In this document: positions 1 to 9,118 of the stretch, piece after piece
How the letters are laid out: each line of letters opens with the position of its first letter
How positions within the stretch are numbered: position 1 is the stretch's first letter
NCBI GenBank assembly: GCA_050951545.1
Contig: JBMNJG010000003.1
Span: forward strand, 1 to 64,000
Direction of reading: 5' to 3'
Source: Limnochordia bacterium
GTDB lineage: Bacteria > Bacillota > Limnochordia > DTU080
DNA: 64,000 nucleotides
Notes under the pieces: generated by a model
Seen by the model: only the letters and a program-made list of their open reading frames with translations
Databases searched by the model: none
Told to the model about the DNA's origin: nothing
Made by a program: the position numbers and the translations under genes

Positions 1-72
1 GGACCCGAAGGGGATCGAACCCTCGACCTCTGCGTTGCGAACGCAGCGCTCTCCCAGCTGAGCTACAGGCCC
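1..72 (-). tRNA. tRNA-Ala(CGC), 3' discriminator/CCA outside the window
   Basis: Reverse complement GGGCCTGTAGCTCAGCTGGGAGAGCGCTGCGTTCGCAACGCAGAGGTCGAGGGTTCGATCCCCTTCGGGTCC folds as a cloverleaf; anticodon CGC; G3:U70 alanine identity pair. Confidence 0.95.
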
Positions 73-93
73 TCGCGCAGTATGACCTTGCTC

Positions 94-122
94 ATTATAC
101 ATCACTCGCCCATCCATGCCAA
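94..122 (-). promoter_or_regulatory. sigma-A promoter of tRNA-Ala
   Basis: TTGGCA-N17-TATAAT just upstream of the tRNA. Confidence 0.75.
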
Positions 123-235
123 GCACCGCGTCAGCTTTTGCCACGCAATTTCCTCAGTGGATTGGTCAATACTGGACCTGACGAGCGACAAACTCACTAT
201 GATCACCCACACTTTCAGGGCCGGGGGTTAGGTCG

Positions 236-2119
236 TTGCCAAGCAAAGCAGCTCTGATGCCCGATGTGCAGATACCTGCCAAAGAGGATATCCCTCTGCG
301 CCTGTTTCCAGTAACGGTACCGATTCTGAGTTTCTCTTTCGAGAGCCTTTTCCAGCCACATCCAGAAGAGGAGTTCACTGACGAAGACCCAGTGACCGAG
401 AATTACGGCGTCCTTTTCTCCCGCACGTCTGCCAACAGCCTGTTTGATCAGATGGGCAGCGGACAGTGGTCGCCTCTATCCTGGTATCAGCTGGCTAGGA
501 AGGCCGAGAAGCTGTCTTTACGAACCCCCGAGGACGAGCTGCTCGTACTGTCCAACCTGCGTGAACGGTGGCGCCGCGTGGGAGTGATAACCTATCCCCA
601 CCAAGTGTCAACCGCTAAGAGAGTAATGAAAGAGATGGGCGGCAGAGCTATCCTGGCAGACGAAGTCGGTTTGGGGAAGACCATTGAGGCCTGTATGATC
701 CTCAAGGAGTATATGCTGCGCAACATGGTACGAAGATGCCTGATCCTCACCCCTGCCAGCCTATGTTGGCAATGGTACTGTGAACTTAAGGAGAAATTCG
801 CTGTCCTGGCCGCCATCCAGCGCTCAGAGTATGATTGGGAACGTTGCCAGGTGCTTATCGCCAGCTTGGACACGGCGAAGCGGCCGCCTCATTGCGACAT
901 TATCCAGAACATCTCCTACGACTTGGTCATTGTGGACGAAGCGCATAAGCTGAAGAATCCCGCTTCGATGAACTGGCGCTTCGCTAACAGCCTCCAAAAG
1001 AAGTACTTCCTTCTGCTGACTGCCACACCAGTGCAAAACGACCTCAAAGAGCTCTACACACTCATCACGTTGCTCAAACCTGGTCAACTGGGCACCTACG
1101 GCCAATTTCAGCGGCACTTCATGGTCGACAAGCGTATGCCAAGAAATACCCAGGCTCTGCGCCATCTGCTCTCCCAAGTGCTGGTGCGCAATCGACGCAA
1201 GGAGACACCGCTCGAGTTCACACGGCGTCATGTGCAGGCCGTGGCCGTAGAGTTTTCAACTGCAGAGCAAGAGGCATATGACGCTTTGACCCGTGCCTTG
1301 AAACTGAGTGCCCATACCTGGGGAGCGATGAGCACCAACGCCTTGTCCCTGCTCACTTTGCAGCGGGAGCTCTGCTCTTCGCCTGTAGCAGCCGCGGTGA
1401 CACTGCGCAAGCTGCTATCCAAGAGTGAGCAGCTCGCGGATGCCCGCGTCTTTACAGACCTACTTCAGACAATTGATGCTTGTCGCACCTGCAGCAAGAC
1501 CGACCAGCTTCTTCATATTATAGGTGATATCGAAGACAAGGTGATCGTCTTTACAGAGTACCGAGCCAGTCAGCAATACCTGCGTGCACGCCTTGAAGAG
1601 GCTGGCTTTGCCACGCTTGGGTTCGACGGCACCCTTTCTAGCAGCCGCAAGGAGTGGGTGCGTGAGCTCTTCCGCAAAGCTGGTCACGTCCTCGTCAGCA
1701 CCGAGTCCGGTGGCGAAGGCCTCAACTTCCAGTTTGCCTGCCATGTCGTGAACTACGACCTCCCCTGGAACCCGATGCGCTTAGAACAACGCATTGGTAG
1801 AGTCCACAGACTTGGTCAAACTCGCGATGTACACATCTACAACATGGCGACCAACGGCACTGTGGAGGAGCACATCCTGTTCCTGTTGTACGAGAAGATC
1901 AGTATGTTCAACCTCGTAATCGGTGAGCTAGACATTATCCTAGCGCAGATGGGTCAAGGTGGCGGACTAGAACGCCGCCTCTACCAGATCGCGGCTGAAG
2001 CTGCAGAAGACCCCTCACTTTGGCAGGAACGCTTGCGCGAACTTGCAGACGATTTTGTCAAGGCAACAGAGACAGCACGCGGGAAAAACGAGCAAGTCGA
2101 CCGCTGGTTGGTATGGTAA
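236..2119 (+). CDS. yqhH: SNF2-family helicase/ATPase, YqhH-like (copy 1)
   Basis: GRAILADEVGLGKT, DEAH, LTATPVQN, STESGGEGLN, YDLPWNPMRLEQRIGRVHRLGQ; followed by a YqhG-like gene. Confidence 0.9.
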   Translation: MPSKAALMPDVQIPAKEDIPLRLFPVTVPILSFSFESLFQPHPEEEFTDEDPVTENYGVLFSRTSANSLFDQMGSGQWSPLSWYQLARKAEKLSLRTPEDELLVLSNLRERWRRVGVITYPHQVSTAKRVMKEMGGRAILADEVGLGKTIEACMILKEYMLRNMVRRCLILTPASLCWQWYCELKEKFAVLAAIQRSEYDWERCQVLIASLDTAKRPPHCDIIQNISYDLVIVDEAHKLKNPASMNWRFANSLQKKYFLLLTATPVQNDLKELYTLITLLKPGQLGTYGQFQRHFMVDKRMPRNTQALRHLLSQVLVRNRRKETPLEFTRRHVQAVAVEFSTAEQEAYDALTRALKLSAHTWGAMSTNALSLLTLQRELCSSPVAAAVTLRKLLSKSEQLADARVFTDLLQTIDACRTCSKTDQLLHIIGDIEDKVIVFTEYRASQQYLRARLEEAGFATLGFDGTLSSSRKEWVRELFRKAGHVLVSTESGGEGLNFQFACHVVNYDLPWNPMRLEQRIGRVHRLGQTRDVHIYNMATNGTVEEHILFLLYEKISMFNLVIGELDIILAQMGQGGGLERRLYQIAAEAAEDPSLWQERLRELADDFVKATETARGKNEQVDRWLVW

Positions 2120-2901
2120 CTGCAAGCCAAGAGCTCCGCCGTTTCACTATGCAGTTCCTTGAGACCCTAGGGGCCTCGCTTTCGCTGGAAAACAGACTCT
2201 TGCGTGTGGAGCTGACTTCCGATCAGCTTGCCCAACTGGAAGGGCGCACTGGTCCGCGGCCCTTCTGGGACATGGAGCGAAATGAACAAACGGTGCTTTA
2301 TCTGGCTTTTGACCAAGAGAGCGCCGAGACAGATCATCGCGCCGAGTTGGTCTGCCCGGGCAGCTATCGTCTTGAGCAAATGTTAGCTTCCGCGCATCGT
2401 TTGGGCCGCCTCGCCCGTTTCACACTGTTACCGGGAAAAGATCAGCGACCCTCCGCTGCGCCTCATCGAACGTATCTGCTTTTTCATTTCCGTGTTGCCT
2501 ACGAAGGTCAATGGAAGCACGAGCAGCTAGTCGATGCCTGCGTTGATATGACCAACGGTTGTATCCGACCCGACCTGTCGCGCCTTCTTGACTGCCAAGC
2601 CATCACCACTGAGATCCCAACCAATATCGATCCGCGGAGGATTGAGATCACGGAGGCTTGGCGCATTGCTTGCGGCTACGTGACACAGGCTCTGAGCAAG
2701 CAAGATGACGGCTGGGCTCGTGAATCCCTTCTTGCCATGGCACAGGAGCGATGCATCCTTGAACGCTTCTTTCCAGACGATGAGAGCTTCTCTGATGATT
2801 CCCAGCACCTGCAGCATCTGTCAGAGCTGAAACGCCGCGCCCAGCCACGCGCGCTGGCACGAACCCGACTGGCAGCGATGATCTTTGCTCAACGCGCTTG
2901 A
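2113..2901 (+). CDS. yqhG: YqhG-like protein (copy 1, about 262 aa)
   Basis: ATG at 2113 overlaps the yqhH stop; PGSYRLEQM and LLFHFRVAY resemble YqhG blocks; size and position match YqhG. Confidence 0.7.
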   Translation: MVTASQELRRFTMQFLETLGASLSLENRLLRVELTSDQLAQLEGRTGPRPFWDMERNEQTVLYLAFDQESAETDHRAELVCPGSYRLEQMLASAHRLGRLARFTLLPGKDQRPSAAPHRTYLLFHFRVAYEGQWKHEQLVDACVDMTNGCIRPDLSRLLDCQAITTEIPTNIDPRRIEITEAWRIACGYVTQALSKQDDGWARESLLAMAQERCILERFFPDDESFSDDSQHLQHLSELKRRAQPRALARTRLAAMIFAQRA

Positions 2902-5375
2902 CTCCCCCGTGCTGCCTTGAGCCTCTCCATCTGCTGACGCAGTCGTCGCTCAGTGTTCTCCGGAAGCGGTGGCGCTGCTTCTCGCTCAATATACTCCTCG
3001 CTTGGCTCCGAAAAGGCGTTCACTGTAGCTGTAGGCGAGGGTAGTCTGCGTCGACGCGGGACATAGTCGCCCCGTTCAAGCAGAGCATGCAGCACAACCA
3101 GTGCCGCCTCCTTATCTGGTACCCGACCCTTCGTCTCAGCGTCTACATCGCCTGCTACCGCAGGTGGTAAGGGTGCACCTACGCACGACGGACACCCATC
3201 AGTACAGTTGCAGCCCAGAATTAGGTCGCAACAAGCACCCAGCACCTCCTCCACAAGCTCGTACGCTTTCAGGGCGAAACCAGCCCCACCTCTGTAACGA
3301 TCGAAGACAAAGACCGTCGGCACCCCGGTATTTGAGGAATCCACCACAGCACCAACGTCACTGGGGTCGCACATTGCGTACAGGGGTAGCACCTCACCGA
3401 TGACATTGGCTATGCCTACGAGACCCTCCATGGCGCTAACCCCCGCCACGCGAGCCGCGTGAAACGCCCTCATCGGAGGAGCCAGCCACATCGCACAGGT
3501 ATCAAGCGTGACAGGGGGAAGATCCACCGTGCCAAAACCGATACTGTCACGCTCCCCAAGTTTCACTTTCTTGAACATGTAGGTGACAAAGGTCACCGCA
3601 ACATCACCAAAAGACGTCCTGCTGCCGCGCCACTCCATCTGCATCTGCTCGGACTCCACCCGCACCCGGCGATCTGTAATCGCCTGCGTGTAGTAATCCA
3701 CATCTGCTCGGTGTACGTAGCTTACGCGTTCGTCAAGATCCAACTGCGAAACGGAGTAGGTCTCCCCATCGTGGAGATAGATGGCCTCTGTATGCAACTG
3801 AGTAAAGGCTGATATCTCGTCCGTGGATCCGATCACCTGGTTGCGTCCCTGAGTTGTATCCACAATGGTGTAGGTGTTATCACAGGCATTGCGCAGTGAG
3901 AAGTCATCCGCCGGATAACCCCGGCCCACCCAGTACCAAGCGTTGCCACGGCGGGTGATCTGACGATCTTCGGCAAGAAGATCGATCAGGGCTGAGGCAA
4001 ACGGGCCAAACTCCTCTTCAGCCACCACTGACAGAGGCAACTCAAAGATCGCGGCCCGCAGGTGGTTGAGCACAACATGAGGGTTCTCCGGGTCTACGAT
4101 GGCATGCTCACAGCTGCGACCAAAGAAGTACTTGGGATGCTGCATCAGATACTGATCGAGTGGTGCGTTCTGAGCAAGCAGAACAACCACTGCCTCTTCC
4201 TCACCGCGCCCAGCGCGCCCCGCCTGTTGCCAGGTGCTGGCAATAGAACCCGGGAACCCAACGATCAAGCAAGCGTCAAGGCTTCCAATGTCAATGCCTA
4301 GCTCCAAGGCATTGGTAGCGATTACCCCCAACAGCTCACCGGAAAAAAGCTGTCGTTCAATCTCCCGCCGTTCGCTAGGAAGATACCCTCCCCGATACGC
4401 GCGCACGGCACCAGCCAGCCCCGAACTCTCCCGCTGCAGCTGGTCACGTGTGTAGCGATATAGCAGCTCCGTGACAGCCCTTGTCCGACAGAAAGCGATT
4501 GTAGGAACGCGATTCCTGATCAGATGCACCATCAGAGGAACGGCATCCGCCTGAGGACTGCGACGCTCCATGGTCTCGCCCAGAGACGGAGGATTCCACA
4601 GCAGGAAGTGCTTCGGCCCACGAGCTGACCCATCGTCGTCGATTACAGTGAACGACTCACCAGTAAGCTCAGCAGCCAGCTGCCCGGGATTGGCGATGGT
4701 TGCCGAAGAACACATAAACCGCGGTTGCGAGCCATAGTGCGCACATATGCGTCTCAACCGGCGCAACACATTGGCTACATTGGATCCGAAGATACCACGA
4801 TAAGTGTGGATCTCATCTACCACGATCCACTTCAGCGAGCTGAAGAAATCCGCCCATCCAGCATGATTGGGCAGAATACCAGAATGGAGCATGTCAGGGT
4901 TGGTAAGAATGCAGTTACCCTCATCCCGCAGACGGCGCCTGCCGACAGCCGGAGTGTCGCCATCATAGGTGCCCGCTCGCATCTCCAGGGACGAGTCCAA
5001 CTCCTTGAACCGTAGCAGCGAGCGTAGCTGGTCCTGCGCCAAGGCCTTCGTGGGAAACAAGTACAGAGCCTTGGCCTTTTCTTCAGCGATGAGCGTTTCA
5101 AGCACTGGAATGTTGTAGCACAGCGTCTTTCCGCTTGCGGTGCCAGTGACCACTATGACGTTTTCGCCCCGACGCGCTGCGTCGACCGCCTGAGCTTGAT
5201 GGACGTAGAGCTGCTCGATACCCATCGAGATAAGCGCCCGCTCTATGACGAGAGGAAGTGGCTGAGCAGTCGAAGTGAATCGAGCGGGGCGCGCCGACAA
5301 CGTCTCCACATGTACCACTTGCCCGGCATAGTGAGCACTGCTCTTTACGTGTTCAATAAAACGCCGCGCATTCAC
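2889..5375 (-). CDS. MrfA/YprA (Hrq1-like) DEXH helicase with C-terminal DUF1998
   Basis: TGTASGKT, DEIH, SSAT, ATNALELGIDIG, QQAGRAGR; C-terminal CDPSD and CNCTDGCPSC metal-binding motif. Confidence 0.9.
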   Translation of the reverse strand: MNARRFIEHVKSSAHYAGQVVHVETLSARPARFTSTAQPLPLVIERALISMGIEQLYVHQAQAVDAARRGENVIVVTGTASGKTLCYNIPVLETLIAEEKAKALYLFPTKALAQDQLRSLLRFKELDSSLEMRAGTYDGDTPAVGRRRLRDEGNCILTNPDMLHSGILPNHAGWADFFSSLKWIVVDEIHTYRGIFGSNVANVLRRLRRICAHYGSQPRFMCSSATIANPGQLAAELTGESFTVIDDDGSARGPKHFLLWNPPSLGETMERRSPQADAVPLMVHLIRNRVPTIAFCRTRAVTELLYRYTRDQLQRESSGLAGAVRAYRGGYLPSERREIERQLFSGELLGVIATNALELGIDIGSLDACLIVGFPGSIASTWQQAGRAGRGEEEAVVVLLAQNAPLDQYLMQHPKYFFGRSCEHAIVDPENPHVVLNHLRAAIFELPLSVVAEEEFGPFASALIDLLAEDRQITRRGNAWYWVGRGYPADDFSLRNACDNTYTIVDTTQGRNQVIGSTDEISAFTQLHTEAIYLHDGETYSVSQLDLDERVSYVHRADVDYYTQAITDRRVRVESEQMQMEWRGSRTSFGDVAVTFVTYMFKKVKLGERDSIGFGTVDLPPVTLDTCAMWLAPPMRAFHAARVAGVSAMEGLVGIANVIGEVLPLYAMCDPSDVGAVVDSSNTGVPTVFVFDRYRGGAGFALKAYELVEEVLGACCDLILGCNCTDGCPSCVGAPLPPAVAGDVDAETKGRVPDKEAALVVLHALLERGDYVPRRRRLPSPTATVNAFSEPSEEYIEREAAPPLPENTERRLRQQMERLKAARGSQAR

Positions 5376-5821
5376 GAAGACGCCTCCCCCAGCGAACTGA
5401 AAGAGGTGATCATCCTGATATGCGGGATACCTGCCTCCATGAACTCCTCACCTTCGGCCACAAACCCAAAGCGCTGGTAAAAATCCGCCGCATGAACCTG
5501 TGCATGCACATAGACTCCAACCAGGCCTTCGCCTCGGGCTATCGCCACGACCGCCGAAAGCAACTTGCCGCCTACCCCTTGCCCGCGAAACTCCGGCAGT
5601 ACTGCCATGCGCCCCACACGACCGACTTGCCCCTCAGCAACCAGGCGAGCAGTGCCTACAACCTGATCGTCTAACCAGGCCACAACATGCTTCGCTATAG
5701 CATCCAGGCCATCGTACTCGATCTCAGTAGAGACGCCTTGTTCCTCCACAAAAACCTTGCGCCGCACCGCCAGACTCTGTGCAAGGGTCTGGTCGTCGGT
5801 AACAGTATCAACGTGAACCAC
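5372..5821 (-). CDS. GNAT N-acetyltransferase, ElaA/YjcF-like
   Basis: GTG at 5821 after SD GGGGGG; RRKVFVEEQGV, GRMAVLPEFRGQGVG, HAQ...FYQRFGF, FMEAGIPHIRM; GTGA overlap with the helicase start. Confidence 0.85.
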   Translation of the reverse strand: MVHVDTVTDDQTLAQSLAVRRKVFVEEQGVSTEIEYDGLDAIAKHVVAWLDDQVVGTARLVAEGQVGRVGRMAVLPEFRGQGVGGKLLSAVVAIARGEGLVGVYVHAQVHAADFYQRFGFVAEGEEFMEAGIPHIRMITSFSSLGEASS

Positions 5822-5891
5822 GTAAACCCCCCCTGAAGAACCAGCGACACCATCACAGTGCTGATGTGTTCTGCATGGGAGCAAACGTTTC

Positions 5892-7346
5892 CTACCAACT
5901 AGCGATGCCGCATACGAGGTGAAGACAGATGGGACACAGTTCGTCCCGGCAACGAGCGCAGACAGCCAGTGAACCTGGCGCCCTCCCTTGCCACGGACAA
6001 GAGCTGCCACAATCGGGACATAGAGGGGCGTTGCAGATATGGCACCGATCGGCCACACATGCTGCGCACATTCCTTTGGCGCAATCCGCACACGTGTGGA
6101 AGCAGCCAACACATACCAGTTCGCCACAGCCGCATAGGTAGGCGACATCCAACGCCTGTTCACACATGTCGCACATGTGATCGACCAATCGCTGGCGCAG
6201 TACATCGTAGACGAAGCTGACCTCACGGCGCACCGGGCCGGCCAAGCGTAGCGAGAATTCCACGCGTGGCACCCACAGGGCAGCAAGACTGATCAGACGT
6301 ACTTCGGCTCTCGTCTGATATTTGGCAATGAGCTCGCTCTGACGACGGGCCCTTTCCTTCTCGAGCTCACCGACCTCCTCCTCGTAGTCGGCTTCCATGG
6401 CCTGTGCCCTTTGCTTCATCTGGTGCAACTGCTTCGCGTAGCGGTGCTCCGAGTCATACGAGTGGGCCAGTTGCACCCGCACTGAGGATGCAGCCATCTG
6501 CCTGAACACCTTGCGCAAAGGGTCGAGCGCCTCCTGGGCAAGACCCCCATAGTACGCATCGATCCGCTCCAGGTCCTTCTTGAGACGCACCTCGGCATCA
6601 GCACTGAATTTCTCCAGATCACTCCTCAGGCGATCCTCCAGTATCTGACAGGCCTTGCGGTACAGGCGGAGCGTGGTATAGGCGTGTGCAGGCAGCATCT
6701 CACTCGCCTGTGATAACATCACCTCAAGCGGCACGGGTGCTCCATCAGTAGGAATATCGTAGCCACTTGATCTCACGTCTTTGGCAGGCACAAAGGAAAT
6801 CGTTTCGCCTATGTCTATCAGCGCGTCGGCAGATTCGGTGATGGGATCCATAAGTATCCAGACAAGCTGCTCAGACTTCTCATCAGAGACAAACGAGACA
6901 CGAAAGCCAAAAAGAAGCTGCAGCTGGTAAGAAAGGGACCGCTTCACGAGGTGCGGCCGCGAGTTTGGAAAGGACACTCTGTGTAGCGCCCGCCTCAGGC
7001 GGTCGAACTCCTTATTCCCTGTCCTAACACTCAAGAACGGATCGTCCCGGAGAACGAGATGAAGGAAATCAGGCTCAAAAGCGCGGGAAGACAGCAGGCT
7101 GGCAGCAGTTCCCCGTCCAGAGCTCAGGGCCAACATGCGGTCGAGCAGCGGATGACCGAAGGTAATGTATTCGGCAGTACCAGACGGCGAAGGGGAAAAG
7201 CAGAGCTCGAGCTGCTCGGAGACTTGTAGACTCCGAGCCAAGGCCGTGGGCAAGCTAACGCTGTTACCATCCACCCGCGCCCCACAGCTTCGCAAGAAAC
7301 CCAACACAAAATGCTGAACAGCATCGTCTTGATGCGCTGAACTCAT
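5892..7346 (-). CDS. Extended YqhG-like protein with coiled coil and C-terminal multi-CxxC region (copy 2)
   Basis: ATGA overlap with upstream SNF2 gene; FGHPLLDRM and LLFGFRVSF blocks parallel copy 1; 20 Cys in the last ~95 aa. Confidence 0.65.
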   Translation of the reverse strand: MSSAHQDDAVQHFVLGFLRSCGARVDGNSVSLPTALARSLQVSEQLELCFSPSPSGTAEYITFGHPLLDRMLALSSGRGTAASLLSSRAFEPDFLHLVLRDDPFLSVRTGNKEFDRLRRALHRVSFPNSRPHLVKRSLSYQLQLLFGFRVSFVSDEKSEQLVWILMDPITESADALIDIGETISFVPAKDVRSSGYDIPTDGAPVPLEVMLSQASEMLPAHAYTTLRLYRKACQILEDRLRSDLEKFSADAEVRLKKDLERIDAYYGGLAQEALDPLRKVFRQMAASSVRVQLAHSYDSEHRYAKQLHQMKQRAQAMEADYEEEVGELEKERARRQSELIAKYQTRAEVRLISLAALWVPRVEFSLRLAGPVRREVSFVYDVLRQRLVDHMCDMCEQALDVAYLCGCGELVCVGCFHTCADCAKGMCAACVADRCHICNAPLCPDCGSSCPWQGRAPGSLAVCARCRDELCPICLHLVCGIASW

Positions 7347-9052
7347 GCCTCTAGCTCCATGGCTTGAGGATCATCATCGAAAATATGAGCGTTCAGACTG
7401 CGTACACGCTCATAGGTACGACAAGCTTCTGCCAACTCCCGGCCAAAGGCCTCCATGCGCTCACGTAGTTCGGCCTCGTCATGCGAGTTCAAAGCAATCC
7501 CAGCGACAACACGCTCATAGGGAACCTCGAGATTGGCCAAGATGATATCCAGCTCACCAATGACCTTGGTGAACATGCCGATCTTGCGATCCAACAGATA
7601 GAGCATATACGCTTCGATGGTCTCCTCGGTCACAATGTTGATAACGAGTACTGGTCGCTCTTGCCCCAAACGATGAACCCGCCCAATACGCTGCTCCAGT
7701 CGCATCGGGTTCCAAGGCAGATCATAATTGATCAACGTCTGACAGAACTGAAAGTTGTGACCCTCGCCGCCTGCCTCTGTGCTGATCAGTACCTGAGCAT
7801 CACGCCGAAACATCGCCACTGCAGCGTGTTTGGCTGTACTATCTAGCCCTCCGTGGTAGACCGCAGCAGACACTCCGGCTTGTCGACACGCCTCCACAAG
7901 AGCCGCCTGCGTTGCCTTGAACTCCGTGAAAACGATCGCCTTCTCCTGGAGCTTAGTTAGGAAGTCTATGGTCAGGTGCAGTTTGGCAGGGGACTCGAAC
8001 TGACTCAGCTCCAGTAGCTCGGCCAGGGCTCCCTCAGAAAGCAGTTTGGCCCCCCGGGCGCGGCACATAGCCTGCAGCGTTCTCCGCGCCGCGGCCGGAT
8101 GGCTGCAGGTCTCTCGCAGAAGCAACAGGAAGGGGAGTAGATTTCGCTTGTTAGCTGGCTGTGATCGATAGGCACTGCGCAAATGACCCACCATGGCTGT
8201 GTAGAACAGCCGCTCATCTCTGGAAAGAGGCACCGACATAGAGTGCACCTCTCGCCTCGGAAAACGAACGAAAGCCTCCCGTCTGCCCCTCCGCACCATT
8301 ACCTGAGACAGAAGTTCGCGCAAGCGTACCAGATTCTTGGGGGAGTGCTTGTCGAGCATAAACTCCTGTTTAAACTGCGAATACGTCTTGAGCTGCCCCG
8401 GTTGAAGCAGGGTTATCAGGTTATACAGCTCGCGGAGGTCATTCTGAACAGGCGTAGCGGTCAGCAACAGAAGGTACTTCTTCTCGATCGCGTTGACGAA
8501 CTTCCAGTTTGCTGTCTGCCGGTTTTTCAGTCTGTGCGCCTCATCGACGATCACCATATCCCACCTGCGTGAATGAATCACCGCCGCGTTCTCTGCGCGT
8601 TTGGCTGTATCCAACGAGGCGATTATCTGCTCACCAGAGAAAGACGCTGGCGTCCTTCCCAGCGGGATATTGAGTCTGAGTTTCTCTGCTAGCTCAAGCC
8701 GCCACTGACTTACCAGAGACGCCGGTACCAGAACAAGAACACTCTGTACGAGGCCGCGCAACAGATACTCTCGGAGGATCACCCCGGCTTCGATGGTCTT
8801 TCCCAGACCGACTTCGTCGGCCAGCAAGGCCCGTCCGCGCATGTCTCGCAACACCCGCAAGACGGCTTCATGCTGATGCTCGTACAGCTCGATCTCCAAG
8901 GCATCCAGTGATACTAAGCGGTCAAATCCGCGGAACAGTGAAAGACGTTCAGCCTCACTTCTGAGATCGAACCATGGCTTACTATCATAGCTGTGGGTGA
9001 GAAAACTCCGCAGCACATCCAGGCTACGGGGATCGTGTAGAATCTGCATCAT
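7343..9052 (-). CDS. yqhH: SNF2-family helicase/ATPase, YqhH-like (copy 2)
   Basis: GRALLADEVGLGKT, DEAH, LTATPVQN, STEAGGEGHN, YDLPWNPMRLEQRIGRVHRLGQ; ATG 9052 preferred (track start 9097). Confidence 0.9.
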   Translation of the reverse strand: MMQILHDPRSLDVLRSFLTHSYDSKPWFDLRSEAERLSLFRGFDRLVSLDALEIELYEHQHEAVLRVLRDMRGRALLADEVGLGKTIEAGVILREYLLRGLVQSVLVLVPASLVSQWRLELAEKLRLNIPLGRTPASFSGEQIIASLDTAKRAENAAVIHSRRWDMVIVDEAHRLKNRQTANWKFVNAIEKKYLLLLTATPVQNDLRELYNLITLLQPGQLKTYSQFKQEFMLDKHSPKNLVRLRELLSQVMVRRGRREAFVRFPRREVHSMSVPLSRDERLFYTAMVGHLRSAYRSQPANKRNLLPFLLLLRETCSHPAAARRTLQAMCRARGAKLLSEGALAELLELSQFESPAKLHLTIDFLTKLQEKAIVFTEFKATQAALVEACRQAGVSAAVYHGGLDSTAKHAAVAMFRRDAQVLISTEAGGEGHNFQFCQTLINYDLPWNPMRLEQRIGRVHRLGQERPVLVINIVTEETIEAYMLYLLDRKIGMFTKVIGELDIILANLEVPYERVVAGIALNSHDEAELRERMEAFGRELAEACRTYERVRSLNAHIFDDDPQAMELEA

Positions 9053-9118
9053 CGACCAGCCCCGGCCTATTATGCCCCGATTGTGCTGCCAATCCACATG
9101 TGCTTCGCATAGGACCTG

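Noticed and set aside
2020-2112. Upstream start for yqhG1
   Set aside because: Lies inside yqhH1; ATG 2113 overlapping the stop gives the expected size
5822-6286. Cys-rich N-terminal extension of the 304-aa GNAT ORF as a fusion
   Set aside because: It overlaps the yqhG2 3' end in another frame; a clear SD and GTG at 5821 give a normal 149-aa GNAT
1-9100. Helicase block as a tRNA-integrated island or a canonical DISARM/BREX system
   Set aside because: The block lies at the 5' side of the tRNA; no integrase, att repeat, methyltransferase, PglZ or phospholipase D nuclease is present
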